A stretch of DNA of 20,000 nt from an uncultured virus (IMG/VR IMGVR_UViG_3300032038_000013). Its lineage: Duplodnaviria > Heunggongvirae > Uroviricota > Caudoviricetes. Position 1 is the first letter of the stretch. Each line of letters opens with the position of its first letter. The stretch is from IMG/VR virus record IMGVR_UViG_3300032038_000013. One strand, given 5' to 3'. Under the pieces are notes generated by a model. It worked only from the letters and a program-made list of their open reading frames with translations, was not told the DNA's origin and did not search any database. Position numbers and translations under genes: made by a program. Shown piece by piece: positions 8,310-15,640 of the stretch.

Positions 8310-8325
8310 TTTCTATATATAGAAA
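8310..8325. promoter_or_regulatory. 16-bp palindrome (NrdR-box-like core) upstream of nrdD
   Basis: TTTCTATATATAGAAA, abutting the WCTATATT motif at 8304-8311. Confidence 0.35.
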
Positions 8326-8357
8326 GGAAATTTAAAAATATATTTGTATGGAGATTT

Positions 8358-10733
8358 ATGACCGTAATCAAACGAGACGGAACTCCTCAGGAATATAACT
8401 TTATAAAAATTGTAGATGCAGTTACAAAGGCATTCAATTCAGTCGAGCAAACAGTTCCTGAGAAATTCCTTGAACAAGTTAAAGAGTCTGTAGAGAAAGT
8501 AATAATTAAGAACAATGGTAATGGTACTTCAGTAGAAGAGATTAATGACACAATTCAAAAAGAACTTATTAAGCGTAATAAGTTTGAAGTTGTGGAATCT
8601 TTTATAAATTATAGAAGAAAAAGAGAAGAGATTAGAGAGCAGAAATCTGATTTGATTAAAGATGTTCAAACAGCATTATTTGGTAAGAACATTCAAAATC
8701 AAAATGCTAACCTTGATGAAGAATCTTATGGTGGTCGTGTAGGGGAAGCTGCAAGTGTTGTTTGTAAAGACCAAGCTCTTAAGATGATGTCAAAGACAAG
8801 CCGTCGTAATCATGAAAAGAATATGGTTTATATCCATGATCTTGATGCTTGGGCAGATGGACGTCATAATTGCTTAACAATGCCACTTGATGAGCTTCTT
8901 GCAAATGGATTCACTACACGTCAGACAGATGTTCGTCCTGCCGGTTCAGTCAATACTGCTATGCAATTGGTTGCTGTTTTATTCCAATTACAATCATTGC
9001 AACAGTTTGGTGGAGTTTCAAGTTCACACTTAGATTGGACTATGGTACCTTACGTTCGTAAATCATTCAGAAAACATTATATCGTTGACTGGATTCAACA
9101 TTTGGATGCGTTCTATGAATTAGATATATTGTCTATGGATTATGAAGCATATAAACATTGGACAGAAAACAAAGTTACAGAATTTTATTTAGAAACAAAA
9201 TTAACAGATGAAGATTTCAAATTTGCAAATAAAGCAACTTTAGATCTTAAAATTAGACAAAGAGCACTTGATGATACAAAGAGAGAAACATACCAAGCAG
9301 TTGAAGGTATGTATCATAATTTGAATACATTACAAAGTCGTTCTGGTAATCAACTTCCATTTACTTCTATTAATTATGGAACTTGTACAGAACCTGAAGG
9401 TCGTATGGTAACTCGTGCATTACTTGATGTATCAATGGAAGGACTTGGTTCTAAAGGTGTTACTTCAATTTTCCCATGTGGTATTTTCCAATATATGAAA
9501 GGTGTTAATGATAAACCAGGAACTCCAAACTATGATTTGAAACGTCTTGCGTTAAAATCAACATCTATGCGTATATATCCAAATTATTGTAATGTTGACT
9601 GGTCAGTTAATGCAGGGTATGATAAAAATGATCCAACAACATATGTAAGTACAATGGGATGCCGTACATATAATGGTGCAGATATTAATGCAGAACCTGG
9701 TGTTAATCCACAAAGAAAAGATGGCCGTGGTAATATTTGTCCTGTTACTGTTATTCTTCCAACATTAGCATTAATTGCAAAACAAAAAGTTGATAAGAAA
9801 TGGGAAAAATCAGGAGCTGAATATGTTGCAAATTATAATGAAGCAGTATTTGAAGAATTTATGTCAATTCTTGATAAGAAGATTGGAGAAGCAAAAGATA
9901 CATTAATTGAAAGATTTAATCATATTGCTTCACAGCCAGCAGCATCAGGTAAGTTTATGTATGAAAACTGTACAATGTCAGGTTATAAGAAAGAAGAAGG
10001 TATTATATCTGCATTGAAGCACGGTACATTAGCATTAGGTCAATTAGGTCTTGCAGAAACATTACAGATTATTTTCAAATTAGATCATACAACTGAAAAG
10101 GGAATGAAATATGCAAAACAAATTGAACAGTTGTTTAAGACAAGATGCGCAGAGTTCAAACAAAAATATAAGTTGAATATTGGTGTTTATTATACTCCTG
10201 CCGAAAATCTTTGTAAGACTGCAATGGCTAACTTTAAGAGACTTAATCCTGGTTTTGAGCAAGAATATGTAACTTATTTAAGAGATAAAGACGGTAATAA
10301 GATAGATAAACTTTATTTTACAAATTCAATGCATGTTCCGGTTTGGCATGAATGTGATGTATTTGAAAAGATTGATATTGAAAGTCAATTGACTGGTTAT
10401 TCAAACGCAGGTTGTATTACTTATGTTGAATTGGATAGTACTTGTTATAATAACATAGATGCAATTGAAAAGATTGTTGATTATGCAATGGAACATGATG
10501 TACCTTATTTTGCAATTAATATTCCTTTGAATAGATGTGCAAAATGTGGTGAACCTATTTATGATGAAGAATTAACAGAATGTCCAAAATGTGGGTGTAA
10601 TGAAATTATTCGTTTAGGTCGTATAACTGGTTATCTTTCTACAACAATCGAACATTTTAATGCTGGAAAGAAACAAGAATTTGAACATCGTGTAGATCAT
10701 ATTGGTCAATCAATTTTTAATGGTTGTGATTAA
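8358..10733 (+). CDS. nrdD: Anaerobic (class III) ribonucleoside-triphosphate reductase
   Basis: N-terminal ATP cone (VIKRDG), YIHDLD..HNC, QFGG, LNTLQSRSGNQLPFTSINYG, MGCRT, TPAENL, YFTNS, CAKC/CPKC zinc site and RITGYL glycyl-radical loop. Confidence 0.97.
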   Translation: MTVIKRDGTPQEYNFIKIVDAVTKAFNSVEQTVPEKFLEQVKESVEKVIIKNNGNGTSVEEINDTIQKELIKRNKFEVVESFINYRRKREEIREQKSDLIKDVQTALFGKNIQNQNANLDEESYGGRVGEAASVVCKDQALKMMSKTSRRNHEKNMVYIHDLDAWADGRHNCLTMPLDELLANGFTTRQTDVRPAGSVNTAMQLVAVLFQLQSLQQFGGVSSSHLDWTMVPYVRKSFRKHYIVDWIQHLDAFYELDILSMDYEAYKHWTENKVTEFYLETKLTDEDFKFANKATLDLKIRQRALDDTKRETYQAVEGMYHNLNTLQSRSGNQLPFTSINYGTCTEPEGRMVTRALLDVSMEGLGSKGVTSIFPCGIFQYMKGVNDKPGTPNYDLKRLALKSTSMRIYPNYCNVDWSVNAGYDKNDPTTYVSTMGCRTYNGADINAEPGVNPQRKDGRGNICPVTVILPTLALIAKQKVDKKWEKSGAEYVANYNEAVFEEFMSILDKKIGEAKDTLIERFNHIASQPAASGKFMYENCTMSGYKKEEGIISALKHGTLALGQLGLAETLQIIFKLDHTTEKGMKYAKQIEQLFKTRCAEFKQKYKLNIGVYYTPAENLCKTAMANFKRLNPGFEQEYVTYLRDKDGNKIDKLYFTNSMHVPVWHECDVFEKIDIESQLTGYSNAGCITYVELDSTCYNNIDAIEKIVDYAMEHDVPYFAINIPLNRCAKCGEPIYDEELTECPKCGCNEIIRLGRITGYLSTTIEHFNAGKKQEFEHRVDHIGQSIFNGCD

Positions 10734-10750
10734 TATTCTATATTGTATAT

Positions 10751-11056
10751 ATGAGTAGATCATTAAGAAATAGAAAGGAGCAGTACGGGGTTTTCATAAG
10801 TCCCGTCTGCTATTTTTCAAATAAAAAAGATAAAAGAATTGCAAATCGTAGATTTAGACGACTTTCAAAACAAGATGCTCATATATCTACTATAAAAATT
10901 GAAGATTGTTTTAAAAGACATTCAATGAGAGAAGTGTCAGATCCTTGGAGTTTTGACTCTGATGGTTTACGTTATTATAAAAGTTTTAGTGAACGATCAT
11001 TATATGATAATGAGCCATATAGTAAAGAAGACATAAGAAAAATGCGAATGAAATGA
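10751..11056 (+). CDS. Small Arg/Lys-rich hypothetical protein (MSRS..., KKDKRIANRRFRR, REVSDPWSF.SDG)
   Basis: 101-aa ORF whose motifs resemble a recurrent uncharacterised phage/ICE family; TGA overlaps the next ATG. Confidence 0.75.
   Translation: MSRSLRNRKEQYGVFISPVCYFSNKKDKRIANRRFRRLSKQDAHISTIKIEDCFKRHSMREVSDPWSFDSDGLRYYKSFSERSLYDNEPYSKEDIRKMRMK
10779..10816 (+). terminator. Terminator-like hairpin inside the start of the ORF after nrdD
   Basis: AGCAG(T)ACGGGG...TCCCGTCTGCT followed by ATTTTT; unusually GC-rich for this genome. Confidence 0.5.
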
Positions 11057-11313
11057 GCAGAACAAATAAATTCCGAACAAGTTATAAAACAAGAACAACA
11101 AAGTATCGTTCAAATCGTTTAATAGGATGGAATCATTTTAGAACAAGACCTTATGGACGAATAGGATGGGATTATAGTTATCAAAAATGGTATGATGAAG
11201 ACCGCGGATGGCATTTATCTGAAGACTTAATAACAATAGTAAACAAAAAAGGATATAGACAAAAACTAAAAAAAGAATTAAAAAATATAATTGACAAAGA
11301 ATGCATATATTAG
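11053..11313 (+). CDS. Small Arg/Lys/Trp-rich hypothetical protein (MSRT...)
   Basis: 86-aa ORF, ATGA-coupled upstream and overlapping the nrdG start. Confidence 0.7.
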   Translation: MSRTNKFRTSYKTRTTKYRSNRLIGWNHFRTRPYGRIGWDYSYQKWYDEDRGWHLSEDLITIVNKKGYRQKLKKELKNIIDKECIY

Positions 11314-11834
11314 ATATAACAGCTCCAGATATAAATAATGGTAATGGAATAAGAGTAACATTATGGGTTGCAGGTTGTAAACATAAATGTAAAGGTTGTC
11401 ATAATCCTTGGACATGGAATTTTAATGAAGGTAAATCATTTAAAGATAATATTCAAGAAATTTCAAATCAATTAACTTCTTGGTTAGAAAGAGATTATGT
11501 TGATGGATTAACAATTTCAGGAGGAGATCCATTATGTCAAGATGAAGATGGCCTTTATAACATTTTACAATTGATTACTTGGGTTAAATCAAATTTCCCA
11601 GAAAAAACTATTTGGGTTTATACAGGTTATGTTTATGAAGATTTACAAAAGGAAATAAATGAAAATCCAAATTGTGATCGTTCAATTGCATTAAGAGGAA
11701 TATTAGCAAGTATTAATGTTTTAGTTGATGGACCTTATATTGAAGAATTAAGAGATATTGCGCACTGTCCATTTAGAGGCAGTACAAACCAAAGATTAAT
11801 ATATTTGAATAATGGAAAAAGAGAAGATAAGTAA
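11301..11834 (+). CDS. nrdG: Anaerobic ribonucleotide reductase activating protein (radical SAM)
   Basis: NGNGIRVTLWVAGCKHKCKGCHNP (CxxxCxxC), GLTISGGDP, IWVYTGY, LVDGPYI, FRGSTNQR; downstream of nrdD. Confidence 0.97.
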   Translation: MHILDITAPDINNGNGIRVTLWVAGCKHKCKGCHNPWTWNFNEGKSFKDNIQEISNQLTSWLERDYVDGLTISGGDPLCQDEDGLYNILQLITWVKSNFPEKTIWVYTGYVYEDLQKEINENPNCDRSIALRGILASINVLVDGPYIEELRDIAHCPFRGSTNQRLIYLNNGKREDK

Positions 11835-12759
11835 TAAACAAGTTTTTATAAAATGGACTGGTTCAAAAAGAAAGCAAGCACCAGAAATTGTAAATAATTT
11901 TCCAAAAGAAATAAATACATATTATGAATGTTTTCTTGGTGGCGGGTCTGTTTTACATGAACTGTTAAATAGAATTTATTCATGCGAGATAAAATGTAAA
12001 AAGATTATTTGTTGTGATATTAATCCTGACCTTATTGGTATATGGAATATGTTGAAAAACAATAGACAAGAATTGTTTGATTATTATGTATCACAATATA
12101 ATGAAATAATAAGACGAAGAGATATTGCAAGAACTCAAACTGATGATGAAGTCGAAGTAACAAGACGTATGGGTACGCTTTATTATGAAAATAGAGATAA
12201 AATGAATAGTCTTCCTGTTGGTAGTGAAGAACGTATAAAATTGTTTTATTGGATTACCCGTACTTGTTTTAATGGACTTATAAGATATAATCCTAAAGGA
12301 AAGTTCAATGCATCATATCATGTTGGTGGTCGTAATGGAATAAAGCCATCAGAATTGCAAAATGTATTTGATGCTTGGGGTAAAGTAATTGATAATGTTG
12401 ATATTGAATTTATTTGTGATAATTATGATAAAGTAATATCCAATGCAAAAGAAGGTGATCTTATTTATATGGATCCTCCTTATGAAAAATTAATTGGTTT
12501 ATATATTACAAATACATTTAACAATATTGCATTATTTGAAAACATTAGAAAACTTACAAATAATAAAGTTAAAGTATTTATGAGTTATGATGGTAAGTCA
12601 GGTTCAACTGATTATACATCAGATTCAGTTCCTGATGATTTATTTGTTCGTCATATATATGTAAATTCAGGACATAGTTCATTTAAGAAATTAAAATCAA
12701 AATCTGCAGGTACAGATAATAAAGCAATGCTTTATGATTCATTATATATTAATTATTAG
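11812..12759 (+). CDS. dam: Dam-family (D12 class) DNA adenine methyltransferase
   Basis: KWTGSK, YYECFLGGGSV (motif I), DIN..LI, FNGLIRYN..GKFN, IYMDPPY (motif IV); no partner endonuclease visible. Confidence 0.9.
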   Translation: MEKEKISNKQVFIKWTGSKRKQAPEIVNNFPKEINTYYECFLGGGSVLHELLNRIYSCEIKCKKIICCDINPDLIGIWNMLKNNRQELFDYYVSQYNEIIRRRDIARTQTDDEVEVTRRMGTLYYENRDKMNSLPVGSEERIKLFYWITRTCFNGLIRYNPKGKFNASYHVGGRNGIKPSELQNVFDAWGKVIDNVDIEFICDNYDKVISNAKEGDLIYMDPPYEKLIGLYITNTFNNIALFENIRKLTNNKVKVFMSYDGKSGSTDYTSDSVPDDLFVRHIYVNSGHSSFKKLKSKSAGTDNKAMLYDSLYINY

Positions 12760-12761
12760 TT

Positions 12762-13232
12762 ATGGATTATAATTATGTTGAAAATATTTTAAGAGAAGAT
12801 ATAAAAAGGCATTGTCCACAATTACCAAATGAAATTATTGAAGAATATGTTGATTTGACATTTTTTAGAGCATCATGGGTAACTTATGGAGGTAATAAAG
12901 ATATGTATCTTGTTGGTATAGCCGAAGGAAAATATGATTTTTATTATGTTGGATTTGATGATAATTGGAAAGTAAAAATTGTAAGTTGTGCTTTACAAAT
13001 TGAACGTAATAAAAATAGAGATAATGATTATGTTCCAAAATTTAATGAAGATTTTCAAAAGTGGTGTGATGAAGGAGATTGTATTTGGAGAGTATTACGA
13101 AACAATTTGAAATTTTATTTTGAAAAACACCCACAAGATAAATTAATATATTTCCAAGATAGAGTTTGTTCTGATGAACATATTGTATATGAGAATGATG
13201 AACATACAAAATATCATATTGAAAAAGTTTAA
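12762..13232 (+). CDS. Hypothetical protein
   Basis: 156-aa ORF, tightly packed between dam and the NADAR gene. Confidence 0.75.
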   Translation: MDYNYVENILREDIKRHCPQLPNEIIEEYVDLTFFRASWVTYGGNKDMYLVGIAEGKYDFYYVGFDDNWKVKIVSCALQIERNKNRDNDYVPKFNEDFQKWCDEGDCIWRVLRNNLKFYFEKHPQDKLIYFQDRVCSDEHIVYENDEHTKYHIEKV

Positions 13233-13234
13233 TT

Positions 13235-13708
13235 ATGGATATAGGAAGTAAAAGTGGATATCCTGCTGGTGCATTAAGTAATTTCTCACCGCATCCATTT
13301 GAAATTGATGGTGTTAAATGTAACTCAATGGAAGGTTTCTTACAAGGACTTAAATTTGAGTCAAAAGAAATGCAAGAATATGTATGTACATTAGTTGGAT
13401 ATGCTGCAAAGAAAAAAGGACACAATAAAAATTGGCAAGAAAAACAAACATTATATTGGAGAGGTGTTCCAATTAAACGAGATTCTGATGAGTATCAGAA
13501 TTTATTGAATAGAGCTTATAATGCAATGTATGAAAATTCAAAATTTAGAGCTGCATTAGAAGCATCAAAAGGAGCAACATTAACTCATTCAATAGGAAAG
13601 AATAAAAAGAGTGATACAGTATTGACAACTCAAGAATTTTGTTCAAGACTAACTTATTTAAGAGATAAAGGCAAATTACCAGTTACGGAAAATATATTTA
13701 ACAAATAA
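13235..13708 (+). CDS. NADAR-superfamily protein, T4 gp30.3-like
   Basis: YPAGALSNFSPHPFEIDG...SMEGFLQGLKF...LYWRG...FRAALEAS...LTHSIG...TVLT..EF matches the gp30.3 family pattern. Confidence 0.85.
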   Translation: MDIGSKSGYPAGALSNFSPHPFEIDGVKCNSMEGFLQGLKFESKEMQEYVCTLVGYAAKKKGHNKNWQEKQTLYWRGVPIKRDSDEYQNLLNRAYNAMYENSKFRAALEASKGATLTHSIGKNKKSDTVLTTQEFCSRLTYLRDKGKLPVTENIFNK

Positions 13709-13733
13709 GGCAGTACTTAAGTACTGCCTTTTT
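13707..13733. terminator. Bidirectional terminator (24-bp perfect palindrome)
   Basis: AAGGCAGTAC-TTAA-GTACTGCCTT plus T tract, between convergent genes. Confidence 0.85.
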
Positions 13734-13735
13734 AT

Positions 13736-14671
13736 TTATATTTCTGTATTTATACCCATCCAACAAGGACCATTTGCACCTTCTTGATTATAACATACTA
13801 AAATATAATTTTGATTATCAATAGTAACTGCAATTGGATCTGTTTGACGTGCTAAGAATGAAGTTTTAAAAGTAGGTTCCCAAATACTCCAATATTTTCC
13901 AGTTTCATCAACAAATACATCATATTCAATATTGTAAAATTTTGCCGGTACAATTATCCATACACGACGTCCTTGATCTACTGCAGTATCCCAATCAAAT
14001 GCCCATTTTGTTTTAGATTTACTGTTAATTAAACATAACCCATGACCATTTTTATTTGTTGTAGGGAATTTTCCAATTGTTTCTTGTGTATATGCCAATG
14101 ATTTAAGAGCTGCAGCATTTACACCAACAATTGTATCATTAGCATCCTTATTAAATATTCCTGTTTGAGCTTCTGATGCATAAGTAAATATATAACTTGT
14201 TGTATCTGTAGAAGGAGTTGTTCCACCAGTATCTCCTGTAGAACCTGTTGGACCGGTTGGACCTGTTGGACCTGTAGGATCTGTCGCACCTGTTGGACCG
14301 GTTGGAGTACTTCCACCACTTCCATTTTGAAACATTTGCCAAAGTTCAGCATCAGATCCACTAAATCCATGATCACGAGCCCAGTCTAAAACAGATTTTG
14401 TAACTAATACATTTTTAACTTCATCTTCTTGTAAAACTGTAAATAATAGTGTTTTAAACTCTTTATTTGACATTCCAGTTATAGAATCTTTTAATTTGTC
14501 AATAATTGACTTAATAGAGATTCTAAAATTAGAAGCAGTACCTCCAGTTGCTGCTGTTGGTTTATAAGCAACAATTAAATATGTTTCACCACCTTTAGTT
14601 TCAAAGTCAAAACTTGTATCTTGATTTAAATCTGAAATTTTCTTTGCTCTTATTTTTATTTCATTAGCCAT
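13736..14671 (-). CDS. Fibre-like/virion accessory protein with short collagen-like repeat
   Basis: N-terminal KKISDL motif, WARDHGFSGSDAELW motif (typical of collagen-associated phage fibre domains), GPT repeats and a beta-rich C-terminal domain. Confidence 0.65.
   Translation of the reverse strand: MANEIKIRAKKISDLNQDTSFDFETKGGETYLIVAYKPTAATGGTASNFRISIKSIIDKLKDSITGMSNKEFKTLLFTVLQEDEVKNVLVTKSVLDWARDHGFSGSDAELWQMFQNGSGGSTPTGPTGATDPTGPTGPTGPTGSTGDTGGTTPSTDTTSYIFTYASEAQTGIFNKDANDTIVGVNAAALKSLAYTQETIGKFPTTNKNGHGLCLINSKSKTKWAFDWDTAVDQGRRVWIIVPAKFYNIEYDVFVDETGKYWSIWEPTFKTSFLARQTDPIAVTIDNQNYILVCYNQEGANGPCWMGINTEI
14243..14306 (-). repeat. 9-nt periodic repeat encoding (GPT)n
   Basis: ACCTGTTGGACCGGTTGGA occurs at 14243-14261 and 14288-14306. 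Confidence 0.85.
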
Positions 14672-14694
14672 AATTCATTAATATTAATTATATA

Positions 14695-14720
14695 TAAAAA
14701 TAATCATACATTACTATATT
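14695..14720. promoter_or_regulatory. Back-to-back divergent promoter motifs
   Basis: ATTATTTTTA on the - strand (14695-14704) and ACTATATT on the + strand (14713-14720). Confidence 0.55.
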
Positions 14721-14755
14721 AAATATAAATAATTGATTAAATAAAAATAACAATC

Positions 14756-15631
14756 ATGAAAAATATACATACATTATTAATTCCAGATATACATGGTAGA
14801 GTATTTTGGAAAGAAGCTTTAGAAAAATATAATAAAGAAGATTATCCAAATTTAACAATTGTATTTCTTGGTGATTATGTAGATCCTTATGAATTTGAAG
14901 GTGTATCAAGACAAGATGCAATTGATAACTTTCAAGAAATTATTAATACCACAAAATCTGATAGTAGAATACATTTGTTAATTGGAAATCATGATATGCA
15001 TTATTGGTATGATGCAGAATATAAATCACGTGTTGATAATAAGAACTATAATAAAATTAAAGATATGTTCTTACAAAATTTTACATTATTCAATATTGCA
15101 TATGAAGAAACAATTAATGAAAAGAAATATCTTTATACACATGCTGGTGTGAGTTCATTTTGGCTTAAGCATTTACAATTTATAGGTAAATTAAGTGTTC
15201 AAAACAATAAAGAATATAGAATTGATAGATTAGGAAATAAAGTTAAGAAATTATCTGATGAACAATTGCCTTTTGCACAGATGTTAGAAACCATGACTCC
15301 AGATGCAGATAAATTAAATAAAATGAAAAACAATTTTCAAGGACAAGCAAATCTTTGGATGGCTTCTTATGCACGAGGTGGTGATAACAGCTGTGGAAGT
15401 TGTATTTGGGAGGATTGGTCAGAATGGCAATATAAAGGGATGGAAATAAAAGGCTTATGGCAAATTTTTGGGCATTCAAGATGGTCAAAACCAGATCCTG
15501 ATGATATAGGTATTGATAGACGCCGTCATATTGCTTGTATTGATACTGCATCAGCATGGACAATTACTGACAAAGGAACATTAAGTAAATTCAAACATAA
15601 AAAAGAAAGATTTAAAAGGCTGCCTAATTAA
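14756..15631 (+). CDS. Calcineurin-like metallophosphoesterase
   Basis: DIHG, GDYVD, GNHD, THAG and QIFGHS motifs. Confidence 0.92.
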   Translation: MKNIHTLLIPDIHGRVFWKEALEKYNKEDYPNLTIVFLGDYVDPYEFEGVSRQDAIDNFQEIINTTKSDSRIHLLIGNHDMHYWYDAEYKSRVDNKNYNKIKDMFLQNFTLFNIAYEETINEKKYLYTHAGVSSFWLKHLQFIGKLSVQNNKEYRIDRLGNKVKKLSDEQLPFAQMLETMTPDADKLNKMKNNFQGQANLWMASYARGGDNSCGSCIWEDWSEWQYKGMEIKGLWQIFGHSRWSKPDPDDIGIDRRRHIACIDTASAWTITDKGTLSKFKHKKERFKRLPN

Positions 15632-15640
15632 GCAGCCTTT
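15615..15640. terminator. Bidirectional terminator encoding the C-termini of both convergent genes
   Basis: AAAGGCTGC-CTAATTAA-GCAGCCTTT; both stop codons overlap in TTAA at 15628-15631. Confidence 0.75.

Noticed and set aside
8072..8357. tRNA, CRISPR array or known purine/cobalamin riboswitch in the intergenic gaps
   Set aside because: No cloverleaf or T-loop, no regularly spaced repeats and no recognisable aptamer consensus by eye; a covariance-model search is still needed.
8358..10733. Intron or intein in nrdD
   Set aside because: The ORF is continuous and of normal length. The variable segment near aa 240-300 has no intein or homing-endonuclease motifs.
11812..13232. Restriction-modification pair (dam plus ORF 12762)
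   Set aside because: ORF 12762 shows no recognisable PD-(D/E)xK, HNH or GIY-YIG motif.
14119..14376. Alternate-frame ORFs with QQV and RSN repeats
   Set aside because: Frame-shifted readings of the 9-nt GPT repeat.
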